64,000 nt of DNA, taken from the NCBI RefSeq assembly GCF_009914755.1, contig NC_060925.1. One strand, written 5' to 3'. Positions 1 through 14,538 of the stretch are shown in pieces. Every line of letters starts with the position of its first letter. The first letter of the stretch is position 1. Under the pieces are notes generated by a model. It worked only from the letters and a program-made list of their open reading frames with translations. It was not told the origin of the DNA and did no database searches. Position numbers and translations under genes: made by a program. Origin of the DNA: the human T2T-CHM13v2.0 reference genome, Homo sapiens.

Positions 1-3000
1 AATTAGTCTATATGTATGTTCTTTCTATTTTCAACCTGTAGGTGGCCACCACAAGCTACACTTATTAAACAACTCATTAGTAGCATTTTCAATACTGTCA
101 TCTTCAGATAATTAGCAATTTATTTAAATAACCAATTTCTGTAGAAATAATTGCCATGAAATGCCCTGAACCTACTTTTTATAAACTATAATAAAAGTGT
201 TAAGATAATCCCTGACATTTGCAAATGCCATTAGTTCACCTTTCCTTTTGATAGTGCTATGGCATTATGTTTAAACAATTACCCGACAACACAGCAGTTT
301 AATGAAACAGTACAGTGAGCACATTCTTCAATATGGCCAGAGAGGACATTCAGATTTAGAAAGAAATCCAGTGCGCAGAGAGGTTTACCCAGAGGAAAAA
401 CACAGCTAAAAGAAAAAGAATTACTGAATTAAGGACATTATTGCTATTTCCAAGTTGGTTTAGTTTCCATGGTAGATGCCGTATCATATGTACTCTCTTT
501 GGAAACAAGAAAGGAGAGTTTTACAAGTTGATTTATGTGATAGGCTGGTGTGAACTATAATCATATATATCTACGAATATGTATAATACCTTCATTGTAT
601 TATTTGCTCTAAAACCTTGATGCAGGAACAAGTAGTAAATTTTTCTTACTATCAACCTTAAATGTACTTTTACTTTAAAAATGGTGTGCACTTTCAAAGT
701 AGAGTTATTGAGGAAACGCACAAATGGTTTTACATCGCAGCTAGTATTTATCATTTAAAATAGACCAGAGTTCTAACTCAGGTTCTTCCTTGCTATTCAG
801 TTCCTTATACTACTAAGATCCATTGATGTGGGATTATACAGTGTGTCTTGGTTGCGAGTGGTAAAACTATTTGAAGCCTTTATAATTTTTAAGCTGGTGT
901 CCACTTCATATGAAAAAATAAAATTAGAATTCAAAGCCAGTGGCAATATTATTTTTATGGTTAGACTGAAATAACTTGAGAACCTATTAAGTACCAGTTG
1001 CTCTGCTAAATTATTCACTCGTTATTTATATCCTCACGACATCATTACAAGTCACATATACATTATCTCCATTTTACAGACATGGAAATTCAGGCTCAAG
1101 GAATTAAATAGTATGTGCATGTAAGAAAGGCAGGGCCGTGTGGTTAGATAATGCATTACAACAATAAGACAATTAGTCTGCAATATCACCATAAAATTCA
1201 CTGCCGGGTTTGAATGTGAGGACTTTTCTTTATTTCCAGATTAACACATGCCTCAATCTCTCCAAATAAGAGCTTCTGGCAATGCTTTTTGCCTATAATT
1301 TTAAAGGTTTACCTATAAGTATAAATAGAAGAACTATTTAAAAAAGACATATTTCCCCAGCCAAGAAATTATTCTCACCTATGACAGACTTAGTGGACTT
1401 GAAGTAATATTTCTCATGTGATTTTGCTTAAGGATGTCCAGAGCAAATGTTACACAGCATAAAAATCTCACCATTCTATGTGTTTTCAAAAATGATTATT
1501 TGAGTAGGAGAAGGAGGAAGATTATAATGACAATGATAATGCCGATGACCGGAGTTTCATTTTACTCTTGGGAGAATCCAGGATAACAAGTGGGCATTAT
1601 TCTGAGAACATACAGAAAAATAAAAAAGAGGTTCCACATCCATTAGGATCCTATTACTTCTTCCTTTGGAAAATCACAATTTCTTTTCTCTCTGAAATCC
1701 TGTGCTCTGTTTACTCTGTGGGTGGTTCTATGGCCAGGGTGTCCATGGCAGCACTTGCTGTACTGTAAAACCATTCCTTTCACTCTCAGCAACGCATTCT
1801 CTTTCACTTTACAAAGAATTACATGTGTTAATCTCTATGCTCTGTGATAAGGCTGTGTCCCTCAGAGTCTACTGAAACACAGGCTGTACAGCAGTTGATG
1901 GCATTTTGTTCTCTTCTTTGGCCTGTACAACTCTCAAAGATGTGGTGTGGACAAGGACATCTCTACCTGGGCCCTTATCTGAACCCTCTGAATCAATGCT
2001 CACTCTAAAACTGACCAGGCACTTTGAAAAAGAGAGATCCTACTGTTTAGTTGCTCTATCAATTAGTTGACAATAACATTTCTTCCTAAATTTCAATAGG
2101 GTAAAAAATGAAAAATCATTTTCAGTCAAAATTATTTCTTGTACCCAGCACCATGGCTGTTGCTCAAAGGCAGCAGAAGAGATGTCTCTTCTCAGCAAGC
2201 TTATAAGGCTGGGTCAATGAGATAAAAAACATGGACAACCCATGTTCACATGCCCAATTTTGTGGGTCAGACAACAGACACTGCTGAAACTTAGAAGACA
2301 AGGAGAGCCAGGAAATCTGAGGTGGTCTAGGAAGGCTTTGAGGAAGATGCAGGACTTACTTCAGTTGGGCTCTTGAAAGATAAGTGGGTAGGTCTGGGGC
2401 TAAAAATTAGGATATTTCAAACTGTGGCAGAGTTTGGGAACAAGGTGAGAAAAATTTCAGATATAGTAATGAACAAATCATATTTATAAAACACGTTAAC
2501 AGCAAAACTAAAGTAGCCTCTCAGGTTGGGAAATGGTATACAGTGCATTACATAGTGTAGGGATGTTGCCTCGTAGGCAGGAAAACAGCCTACCCCCAGC
2601 TCTCGCAGCTACCAATATCAATTTCTATATGGCATTTTACTTTTTAAAATGCATTAAAAAATATTGACCTAGTATAAGAATAAACAGGTTTAAATTTAAA
2701 CAAAATATCAAGTAAGGGAAGTTCAAAGCTATTTATTGTTAATAAAAATAATATTCCTATTTTAATAGCAATTGTTAATTATTAATAAATTAATAAATAT
2801 TGCTATTTACTGCCAATAAAAATATTTCTCAGGGGACACTAAAGAGAATCTGTACTCTTTATACATGTCCCTGTCTGCAGCCTTTCTAGAGATCATAAAG
2901 TTCTTTCTAGTCTGATGAAAAGTAATATTAGGATTTTTATCAAACAGAAGGGATAAGAACTACAACTAGAATAATATGATCCACTTTTTCATAATATAGA

Positions 3001-4078
3001 GAGCTTATATAATGGAAGAGAACAAGTGTTCCACTCCATTCAACCATTCAGTAACTATTGCCAGTAATGTGAATTATCATTTTCACAGATGCATCTATAC
3101 TTTTAACAAACATCATAAATAGTGCAGGAATCTGTAGCATGTATTAAAAAGAGCATATGATCAAAAAACTAGGAAAGGAAAAAGAACTTAAGACTACATT
3201 ATTTCAGACAAGATCTCCTAAAGTATTACCTAAAGGAACTGTAATACTACCCTAGAGCATGAGGATATGGAGCAATCTGGCAACCTCTCTTAACATACCA
3301 CAAGTCAGCTACTTGCCAAAAATGGGAAGCTAGTTTCAAGCTGTGCATATCTGTGTGGCCCCTGAGACCCCTGATGTTTCAGGGCTTTGGACTACAAGCT
3401 GAGGATGTGCCTCAACCAAATGGATGATAAAAACTAGTAGTGATTTGTATAGCCACTGAGTAGGCATGAATTTCTAATGTATCTAATACAGAACCAAATA
3501 GAATAAAATAGAATAATCTATGTAAAGCAGGCAGCACAGTGACAAGCACATAGTAAATGCTTTAAAAATGCCATCACTACAGTTTCTAAAAATATAAAAG
3601 GATAATAATAGAACAATATGAGCAATGTCATACAATAAACTCAACAGTTGAAGTGAAATGCACAAATTCCATGCAAAACACAACTAACCAAAATTGAGAC
3701 AACAAAAAACAGAAAGTCAAAATTAAAAATAGATCCATAACTATTGCACAAGTTGAATTCATAATAAAAAACATTTTCACAAAGCAAACTGCAAGCCCAG
3801 ATGGCTTCGCTGGTAAATTCTATTAAACTAAAGGAAGGAATAATACCGATCTTACACAAACTCTTGTAGAAGATAGAGGAAGAATGAGCCAATCTCAACT
3901 CATTTTATAAAGCCAGTATAATCTTGATATTGAAACCTGACAAATAAACTAAAGGAAAATAAAATTATAGACCAATATCCATAGACTCAAATATCTGTAT
4001 TAAATAAATTCAGCAATATATAAAAGGTGTAAAGCATCATGATCAAATACAGTTTATCCCAGGAATATGAAGGTAATT

Positions 4079-4438
4079 TGATATGGTTTGGCTGTGTCCC
4101 CACCCAAATCTCATCTTGAATTGTTAACTCCCACACTTCCCACGTGTTGTGGGAGGAACCCAGTGGGAGGTGATTGGATTATGGGGGCGGGTCTTTCCTG
4201 CGCTGTTCTTGTGATAGTGAATGAGATCTGATGGTTTTAAAAACAGGAGTTGCCTTGCACAAGCTCTCTTTTTGCCTGCTGCCATCCATGTAAGATGTGA
4301 TTGCTCCTCCTTGCCTTCCACCATGATTGCAAGGCCTCCCCAGCCACATGGAACTGTGAGTCCAATTAAACCTCTTTCTTTGGAAATTGCCCAGTCTGAT
4401 GTATGTCTTTATTAGCAGTGTGAAAATGGACTAATACA
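4079..4438 (+). mobile_element. THE1 (C/D-like) MaLR solo LTR
   Basis: TGATATGGTTTGGCTGTGTCCCCACCCAAATCTCATC...CTAATACA. Degenerate 5-bp TSD taatt/tggtt within L1 sequence. Confidence 0.93.
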
Positions 4439-5887
4439 TGGTTTAACATTTGAAAATCAATTAATGTAATTCACCAATCAACTGAATAAAAGAGAAAAGA
4501 CATATGAGTATCTCAAAAGGGTACAGAAAGTGTACACAGGAAAATCTGAAATCCATCCGTGATGAGAACTGTAAGCAAAACAAGGGTGAGACTATCCTCA
4601 ATCTGACAAAGAACATCTATAAAAAAACCTATAGCTAAAATCAGACTTTATGTTAAAAAATTCTTTCTCTATATACTCTTCATACTTTCTATATACTCTA
4701 TTCCATATACTCACAAGAAGCAATTAGAAAGTTAAAAAATAGTATTCACAATAGCACCAAAAAGCAACAATAGGAGTACATTTAGAAAAGATATGTAAGA
4801 TCTGTACACTAAAAATATTTTGTAAAATATTTCTGAGAAAAATTCATGATACTTCAGAAAATAAAGAGACATACTAATCATAGACTTGTTGACTCAATAC
4901 TGTTAAGATGTTAAACTTCACCAAATTGATCTGTAGATTCAACACAACTCAAAACAAAAATCCAAAAAGGTTTCTTTGAAGAAACTGATAAGCTGATTCT
5001 TAACATTATTTAAAAATACAAAGGATGTAGATTAGCAAAAACAATCAGGAAAGAAAATAACTCAAGGACACGATTTCATTTTAGGACTTGCTTTAAATTT
5101 ATAGTAATAAAGACAATGGCATTAGAATATACGACAAATAAGTGAAAGAGAACGGAGTCCTGATATAGTCCCACAGGTAAGGCCAATTAATTTTTGACCA
5201 AGGCAGGAAGTCAGTTCAATGAGGGGAAAAAAGCCATTCTAACAAATGGTGTGAGAAAAACAGGATATTTTTAAGAGGAAGGGGGGAGAAAAGAAAAGAA
5301 AAGAAAGGAAAAAAATGAAACCATGGCCTCTACCTCACTTCATATACAGTTTTTTTAAAGATTCAAGATGAATTGTAAATCTAAATGTAAAACTTGAAAC
5401 CATAAAGTTCCTAGGGAGAAGAAAAGGAGAATATTTCTGTAACCCTGAATTAGGCAAAAATTTCATGGAAAGGATGTTAAAAGCAACGACTAATTTAAAA
5501 AAAAAATTGATAAACTGGACACTTGAACAAAATACATCATTAAGAAAATAAAGAAGCCAAAGTCTAGAAAAAAATATATTCACACACATATATTTTAAAA
5601 CGAACTCATATGTAAAATACATGAAGAACTAGAAACCAACAGTTAAAAGATTACAATAGACAAAATACTTGAACAATACTTTTTAAAAAGACATACAAAT
5701 GATCAATAAATACATAAAAAAGTGTTCCACATCAGGGAACTCGAAATTAAAATCACCATGAGACACCATTTTAGGCCCACAGGAATGGCTAAAAATCCAA
5801 AAGACTGATAACACCAAATGTTGATAACAATGTGGAACAAAACGAACTCTCACATGCTGCTGGAAGGAGTATAAAATGATAAATCAC

Positions 5888-6203
5888 GGCCAGGCATGGT
5901 GGCTCACGCCTGTAATCCCAGCACTTTGGGAGGCCAAGGCGGGCGGATCACGAGGTCAGGAGTTGGAGAACAGTCTGGCCAACATAGTGAAACCCTGTCT
6001 CTATAAAAACACAAAAAATAAGCCGGGTGTGGTGGTGTGTGCCTGTAATCCCAGCTACTCAGGAAGCTGAGGCAGGAGAATCGCGTGAACATGGGAGATG
6101 GAGGTTGCAGTGAGCCGAGATCACGCCATTGCACCCCAGCCCAGGCAACAATGCAAGACTCCATCTCAAAAAAATAAAAAATAAAAATAAATAAATAAAT
6201 AAA
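5888..6203 (+). mobile_element. AluS (Sg-like)
   Basis: Full dimer with (TAAA)n tail. TSD gataaatcac at 5878-87 / 6204-13. Confidence 0.96.
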
Positions 6204-6951
6204 GATAAATCACTTTGGATAATTGTTTGACAGTTTCTTTAAAAAATGACATACATCTATCCTATCACCCAGCAATTTCTTTCCTAGATATTCACTCAAC
6301 AGTGAAAACAGAACTAAAAAAGTATATGTACAAAAATGTTCATGACAGCCTTACCCATAACAGCTCAAAACTGGAAACAACTGAAATATCCATCAATTGG
6401 AGAATGAATAAACACATTTTGGTCAATCAGTAGAATGTAAACTACTAGCAATAAAAATGAAATTTCTACTGATGTATGTGACAATATTATTTTAAAAATT
6501 ATATTGAACGTAAATGAGGCCAGACATGTCCCCTACTCACACACACATGGAAGTAGCAGGGAAGAAAGGTAAGAAAGAGAAAGAGAGAATAGAATGAATA
6601 TTATTTAGTTTATATGAAGTTTTAGTACAGATAAAAAGAGTCTATGGTGGTATAAGTCTCAGCTGGAGATGGAGAAATTGACTAGCAAGCAACCCAAGAG
6701 AACTTTCTGGTGTGAAGGAAATATCCTCTGTCTTGTTTCAGATTGTGTTACTACAGATGTGCATCATTTTGAAAGCTAACTTATCTGAACATATATCATA
6801 TCTGTGTATTATATTGTATTTAACTATACTCCATTAAAAATAAAAATATATGAATACATAAATAAGAAGTAGCAAAATGTCCATCTCAAAAGTGAGCATC
6901 TCCTATATGAATCCACTTCTAAAAAATTCTTTTGATGGTCAGAATCTTTCA

Positions 6952-7351
<400 letters not shown>

Positions 7352-9594
7352 TTAAAGGTGAATGGGACTGAAGATCATCATCTACAGTACATCATGTAAG
7401 GTAAATCAATGTCAACTTAGATGACCCAGTGAGAGCAATTTTTATGGTGGTGTTGCTCTTGTTAATGTTCGTAATCTCCATGAAATTTTCTTGAGAGCAA
7501 TGCTTTTAAAGAAGCCACATATATCACATATAAGCACGTACACACAAACATACACATACACACACACACATTGTCAGTGATAAATCACTAGTTACTAAGA
7601 ATAAGGACACATGGAGTACAAAATGATGAGCATATAAAGACAGGTATTACGGCTAGACTATACCTCTAAATCGTAACTCTTGAATTAGCCAGGCATGCTA
7701 AAAATCACTCTATTTAGAAAGGCACAGCTTCAATGAACCAAAGAAGCAGTTTGGCCCTTTGCTGACTGTAGTGCTAAGTGAGACCCCAGAGCCAAATTTC
7801 AAAAAATGCCATCAACTGATCACAAGTATTGTTAACATATAATGAGAATGTCTGTTTCTGCACTTTATGCCCAAATTGGTATTTGAGTATATCTTTACCT
7901 CTCCAAAACGAGAGAGGAGTCACTCAAGGGTGTTATTCCTATTAAAACCTTGTAGTCATAAACTTAACTTCCCAGACAAATCTTTAAGGAATATTTGGCT
8001 CATAGTTATGTCAAGTCTATGGTGGATTTGTAATGAAGTATCCTTTCTCTATTTGCTATTTTTTCAATCTTTAATGTTTTCTGATGAAATTTCAGGCTCT
8101 TGTCAAATTGAGGTCATTACTTTGTCTACTGGCATGGATATGCAGGCAAATTGGCCAGTGTGCAACCCTGGATGACTCAACTTATTGCCAAATGGCAGTT
8201 AGCTAACTTCCATTTGCAAGAAGAGGAGACAGCCTATTGTCAGGACCAACTTGGTGGGGAAAGGATATATAGTCTGTGTCTAATGCACATATCTAAGCAA
8301 AATGTGATGCATATATTTTTCCACATTCGTAGATGCTCTTTCTTGTTTTTTTCCAATTTATATTGTTGACATAAGTGTCTCATCGTCCAAATGCTTAAAT
8401 TGTGTATAATAATTCCAAACAGCATTCGACCATTCAGATTTGGGCATTGGGCATCACAGATATGTTAAATCTAGTTACAGAGGCAGAGCTAGAGCATGGT
8501 TTCCATGCCTTGAGGGGAGAGACATTTTTCAGTAACCTTTGCCAAAACCGCTATATACTGTTTTTCTCAACAGAGCTCAGAGACTCATTGTAATTGTGTA
8601 GAAGTCAACAGAAATCATATTAAACTATAACACTTTCAAATTTTTTCAAGTATATTTGCAATCCAGTGTAAATAGGGCCAATGGTCACAATGTATATATT
8701 TTTGGAACACTAATATTTGTTTTACTCTAGGCAAGTGTTTTCACAGGTAGTAACTGGTATGAAAAAGATCTGCTTTCACTCTAGAAGATTATTTATTCAT
8801 AAACTTCGAAATACAAATCATAAGACTCCCAGAATTCTAATTTACTAAATGCTGAATATATTATGAAGCAGTTCTTAAAATTTAAAATTTGAAAATGGAA
8901 ATGTATTGAAAAAGTTTCAGAAAAAAATGATGTATTTCCCATATCCAGCACAAACTGAACTAGAGAAACATATTATGATTGCCAAAAAACGGGCTATCAC
9001 TCTAAAGGCTGTAGGCAAACAAAATACTAACAAGTTTAATTATTCACAATGGCACATTTATGGAGAGTATAATGTCACAATCAATGATTACAAGCCCACA
9101 CAAATAGCACTGTAATAATCCTACAAGGCGTGTTCAGAAGTGAAATAATTTAGAATTTGAAATCAATAGCATTTATAGACATTGGAAAATGTCAAATGGA
9201 AAACGAATGCCAGTATTTGTATTCTTTCTGGAGCATTTTTACTTCTCAGCTTTTAATTATTCTTTAAAAGATTTTTTAGTATCTGAAAGCAAAAGCAAAC
9301 ATTTCCCTTTCATGTCTCAACTAACTCTTTCAATAAACTTAGATATGTGAGGGTATTGTTTTATGTATGGAAAAATGAGAAGTCTTTGTGAGAGCTAAGG
9401 TTTTGCTAAGTGTTTCCCTTTAATTTCCCTTCTCGTGGCATCGTTCCCTTGTGCCATTCTCATCCTCCATCTCACAATGTTTTTGTTCCATTCATTTCCC
9501 ATCACTATTAGCATTTAAATTCCGGTTTTGGCACAAAAACTTTCCAACACAAGGTATTACTTTGACAAATTCTTAAAATACTCCTTGTAATTAG

Positions 9595-9685
9595 AGACAG
9601 GGTAAATTGGATGAGAAGTATATAGGGATTCTCTCCACTATCTTTTCAACTTTTCTGTAAGTCTAAAATCATTAAAAAATAAACC
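9595..9685 (+). mobile_element. L1M 3'-end fragment
   Basis: gggattctctccactatcttttcaacttttctgtaagtctaaaat resembles the L1MC/ME terminus. Confidence 0.65.
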
Positions 9686-10613
9686 TTTATTTTTAAAAGT
9701 TTCCCCTATATAACACTTGGATTCTTCTTGCTCTTATAAAAATATCAGTTTACCTATATTATTTGGGAAAAACAAGGACACAAACTTGTGAATATTGAAA
9801 ATAATTCTTAAAAATATAACATTCATAGCTATTTTAATTAATTGCCATTTCCTAGCAAGGAATAATAGCAATAACAATAACTATCCTTTGTTGAATGAAC
9901 TAAATATGCACACAGAACTCTATTAAGGCTTTTATTAATATTACTTAAGTTACTTTATCTAAATCTCACAGAATCTCCAGGAGCTATCACTTTTTATGCT
10001 AAAAATTGTTAAATATCTTGTCTTTATAAGAGTAACTGGAAGGTCTCAGATTCTACCCAAATATGTTGACTCCCAAACTAGGGCCGTTTTTCACAAACAT
10101 TTTGCCTTCCTTCAATAAGTTGATATTTGTATGTACCTATTGGCTCTAGGCATTGCACTGTACATATACTTTTTATATATATACTTATTTGTATGAATGC
10201 TCAAAAATAACCCTGCAACAAGTTGCTATTAATTCTAAAAACGAAAGGAAAAATCCTGACATTTTCTAGTAAAAGCTGTTCTAGTTACGAAAGCATTTAA
10301 CTGTCAACTCTGGTCTTTGCTGACACTTTTTTAGATTTCTGAAAAAAAAACTGTATTTAACCATTTGTCCATTAATGGAGTGATGTCCAATCACCTTATG
10401 TACCATCAAATTACCTATCAACAGAAAGAGAAAGAGAAGAAAATTTAATTTCAGGTTACTCCAGAAACTATGGCAACCAGGCTGTTTGGCAGCCAAAGGG
10501 TGTAAAATCCAGATTAGATAGATGGATGTATTTACATATTCACTTTTACATTAAACAGAGTGGATGACACATCCCTGTATAAAACCTATTATTTAAAAAC
10601 TTCAAGTGAAAAC

Positions 10614-10701
10614 TGTTAAAATAAATGGCTCATGACTTATGAAGTGTTAAAATAAACGTTTATTTCAACACTATACATGTCATAAGCCATTTATTTCAAC
10701 A
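10614..10701. repeat. 88-bp imperfect palindrome (44-bp arms, no spacer)
   Basis: 37 of 44 positions complementary around the centre aaac|gttt (10657/10658). Confidence 0.95.
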
Positions 10702-11134
10702 CTCCCTACTTCAGAAGACTTACCCAAAACAAGAAGAAAAGATCTCACTTGCTAAGTGTATGTCAAGAGGCCAAGACGCAGAAGATAAAACCGAAGTTTT
10801 GATGCTAGAGCTTTGGTATGTGGAAGTTCAGATCAGAAGGTGGAAGAGGAGGTTTGATGCTTAACACCTGGTAAAAGCTCTGTGGTTGTGGTAAACTGTT
10901 CATCATCACCACCTACATTGGCTTCATTTAGACATCACGTTTATCTTAAGTCATTCTGAGAGTTTAGGGCATGCCTGAGTATCAAATTATGAATGAAATG
11001 CACTGTTTGAGGTGTTTCTGCAAAGATAATATATGTTTTATTTTATGTCCCCACTTATTAGAGAAGGCTCATGTAATCAAAGTCTTCAGGGAGCAAAGCT
11101 TCAGGGACAAAGGCCCAGTTTCATAAGCATAAGT

Positions 11135-11745
11135 GCATACACTTATACAGCACTTCCTATATGACAAGCTCTAGTGTAAGTGTTATACAAATATTAAGTA
11201 ATTTAATCTTCACAGTGTTTAGGAGGGTGATATGGTTTAGCTGTGTTCCCACCCAAATTTCATCTTGTATTCCCACATGTTGTGGGAGGGACCCAGTGGG
11301 AGGTAATTAAATCATGTGAGCAGGTCTTTCCCTGCTATTCTCATGATAGTAAGTCTCATGAGATCTGATGGTTTTATAAAGAGGAGTTCCCCTGCACAAG
11401 TTTTCTCTCTTTGCCTGCTGCCATTCATGTAAGTTGTGACTTGCTCCTCTTTGCCTTCTGTCATGATTGTGAGGCTTCCCCAGCCACGTGGAACTGTAAG
11501 TCCATTAAACCTCCTTCTTTTGTAAATTGTCCAATCTTGGGTATGTCTTTATCAGCAATATGAAAACAGACTAATACAGAGGGGTAGGTATTTTTATTTT
11601 CGCCGTTTTTTTTTTTTCAGATGGGAAAACAAATCTAGAGTGGCTGAGTAATCTAACCAGGGGAAACTGGTAAGTGGTGGCACCAGGATTTTACCCCAAG
11701 CAGTTAGCGCCAGAGTCCACGTTCCTTATCCCTATGCTAGGTTGC
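11135..11745 (-). mobile_element. MIR split by a THE1 LTR
   Basis: MIR motifs (atttaatcttcaca ... cagatgggaaaac ... aagtggtggcaccaggatt ... ccagagtcca) lie on both sides of the LTR. Confidence 0.8.
11228..11578 (+). mobile_element. THE1 (B/C-like) solo LTR
   Basis: TG...CA termini and a perfect 5-bp TSD gaggg (11223-27 / 11579-83). Confidence 0.95.
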
Positions 11746-12228
11746 TGACTTTCAGCAGCAGAACAGCAGACTATCTCATGCTCTAGAAGTCATGTGGGCT
11801 TGAGAAGTCAAGTTCATCATTTCATTTTCAGGCAGGGCTAGCCCAAATGGGTGACAATTTCTCTCCTTTATAAACAAGATCTCCTAGATGAAAAGAATTA
11901 ATGCTATTTCTATAAGAAATTAGTATTGACTGATGACTGATGATAGTTGATTATGACAGCTTTCAGTTTTGCCTATTTTAAGACTTTATGTTCCTACCAA
12001 AAGTTGAAGGCCTATGGTTGAAGTGGGAACGTCTGACAGTGACTGAATTATTTCCCTCCAGGATGTCTTTTATTGCCCGCTAATAAAAGCGCTAGTAAAA
12101 CATTTCCATTGTTAAGCATACCCAATAATAGCAGTCTTTATATTCTGAAACAATGCTGTATAGCTCCCAAGCTTCTCTCTCCCTCCCTTCCTCATCCTTC
12201 CTTCTCTCTTTCTTTTATATTTCCCTCT

Positions 12229-12598
12229 TGATATGGTTTGGCTGTGTCCCCCCTCAAATTTCATCTTGAATTGTAGCTTCCACAATTCCCATGTGTTGTG
12301 GGAGGGACCCGGTGGGAGGTAACTGAATCATGGGGGTGTGTCTTTCTCATGCTCTTCTCATGATAATGAATAAGTCTCATGAGATCTGATGGTTTCATAA
12401 GGAGGAGTTTCCCTGCATAAGCTCTCTCTTTGCCTGCTGTTATCCACGTTAAGATGTGACTTGCTCCTCCTTGCCTTCCACCATGATTGTGAGGCCTCCC
12501 CAGCCATGTGGAACTGTGAGTCCATTAAACCTCTTTCCTGTATAAATTATCCAGTCTCAGGTATATCTTTATTAGCAGTGTGAGAACAGACTAATACA
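12229..12598 (+). mobile_element. THE1 (C/D-like) solo LTR
   Basis: TGATATGGTTTGG...CTAATACA, within a CT-rich tract. Confidence 0.94.
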
Positions 12599-13319
12599 CT
12601 TCCTCTTATTTCTCTAACATCTCTTCTTTCCTTTATCTCCCATCTTTACCTTACCTCTCCCCTCTCCTCAGACACCTTAGCACTAAGAACAAAATTAAGT
12701 GTGGATTGCTTAAAGTCCCTCAGTCTTTATAATTTTATAAATCTGTCAATAGTTGGAACATATGATGTAAAATCATGTAGTCTATCTGTAATACATATCC
12801 TTGTCCACAAACCAGACTTTAAAATATCTACACCCTTCCTCTGCCCACCCACCTTCCCACTTCACACTACGCAATGATTACCAACAAGTTCCTTTGGAAA
12901 TCACAAAGCCAAAAATTGGTAAAAAGAAATCAGAAGACTCAGTGCACTGTGACATACAAAAAACAATGTGCTTTTAACATACCACAATGGAAAGAAAAAT
13001 TCTGAGTTTTTTTTATTAGAACATTTGGCATTTGAAAGAAGAAAACTAAATTATTATAAAATTATGGAATGTACTCAACAAAAAAGTGACATAATTAAAA
13101 AAATAATAGGTTGGATAATATGAAAATATACTATATACTCACCTATTTATAAAATCTCTATATTTGATATCTTGTTATTAGAATCCAAACTACTCCAACT
13201 AGTAAAACATTCAGATGTATTTATACTACATAAATGAGACCTATATTTTTATAAGTGACACCTGAAATGTATTTTCTGAGAGCATATTTTGATATTTACT
13301 ACTGGTACTAAAGTAAAAG

Positions 13320-13333
13320 TACATATACATACG

Positions 13334-13376
<43 letters not shown>

Positions 13377-13492
13377 CACGTGAGTTATGTAAATATACAT
13401 ATACCATATCTCTATATAGTGTGCATATGTATATGTGTGTGTATATATGTATACGTATATATATATTTGTGTATGTATATGTGTATATATAT
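13320..13492. repeat. Compound (TA)n(GA)n microsatellite and TA/TG low-complexity tract
   Basis: Directly visible. Confidence 0.95.
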
Positions 13493-13619
13493 GGTACAAG
13501 TATATCTTCCCAGCTATTTTTTCAATTTAAAAAAAGTTTCATACCATCAATTTGAAAAAATTCTAAATTTAAAATTAATTTTTATACAAATTTAAACTAG
13601 ACATTAAAAACCAAATATT

Positions 13620-14060
13620 TTCATTCATTAAATAAGTAGACATTTATTGAATGCCAGCTATGAAGCAGCTATTATGTTTGGAGCTGGTGACATAAATAGG
13701 AGTTAGACATTATCCCTGTCTTTAAGAAATGTACACTCTAGCTAAATGAATATATAAATAACTTATTATAATGTATGTTAATGACTCCAGTAAACCTTAG
13801 AAAATGATCATGACAAATCAGAGAAAAGTGTATTGTACTTTGTCTAGTTGGGTCATCTTTACTTGAAGATGAAATATGAACTATGTCTTAAAGGATAACT
13901 AGCATTTTGAATGCAGAGAAGGAATGGAGGGAATCACAGATAACTGCATGAGCAAAAGGATAAAGATCTGGCTGGAATGTTAGGTGTGTCGTAGGGCCTA
14001 GAGTAAAGATGGATTAGGAGGGAGAGGAAGGAGACAAGGCTAGATGGAGAGTGGGGCAGA
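13620..14060 (-). mobile_element. L2 3' fragment
   Basis: tcattcatt...catttattgaatgccagctatg start, followed by L2-like purine-rich sequence. Confidence 0.75.
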
Positions 14061-14064
14061 TATT

Positions 14065-14538
14065 TCTGGGACACACACTACAGCCTCCTTGACCACCTCT
14101 AATTCAACAGCAGCTCTTCTAGTCAGTTCCATGTCAGCTCTGACTGACCCCAAGAAAACAGAGCCCCACTTCATGCTTTGCTAAACTTCTTTGTACCCCC
14201 TGTCCCAGGGCCTCTCCTGCCACCACAAGAGCCTACTAAGCCTGTGCTTCCAAGCCACAAAAGTACAGGCAAGTGAATAAATACTTTCAGGGACAGCCCT
14301 TAGGCTGCTCCCGCCTTCCATCCTTCAGGGGGACAATTCTATAAGGCTTCTGCACACTTTCTAGGAGTTCATAATTGTGATCTAAAAGTGATACCTGCTT
14401 AAGTTGACTTTTGCTCCTTCTTTGTCTCATATTTCCTCCTCCCTGATGTCTATTTCCCAAGATCAACTCCCAAATAGGCCACTTTCATCCAAGTCCTTGT
14501 CTTCAGGCTTTGCTTTTGTAAGAACTCAAACTAAGGCA
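14065..14538 (+). mobile_element. ERVL LTR (LTR16-like)
   Basis: 3' end tcccaaata...ccttgtcttcaggctttgctttt...caaactaaggca resembles the LTR16 terminus. Confidence 0.65.

Larger units (their letters stand above)
3640..6845 (+). mobile_element. Old L1M (L1MC/ME-like) ORF2-to-3'UTR relic, interrupted by a THE1 LTR and an Alu
   Basis: Degenerate ORF2 motifs (ggcccagatggcttc-like, gaccaatatc, tttatcccaggaat) and an L1M-type 3' end. Boundaries approximate. Confidence 0.85.

Noticed and set aside
2764-2807. AT-rich imperfect hairpin
   Set aside because: 9-bp arms in nearly pure AT sequence are expected by chance.
11228-12598. Two co-oriented THE1 LTRs as one provirus
   Set aside because: The first has its own perfect TSD and splits a MIR. 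The ~650 bp between them is not THE1-internal sequence.
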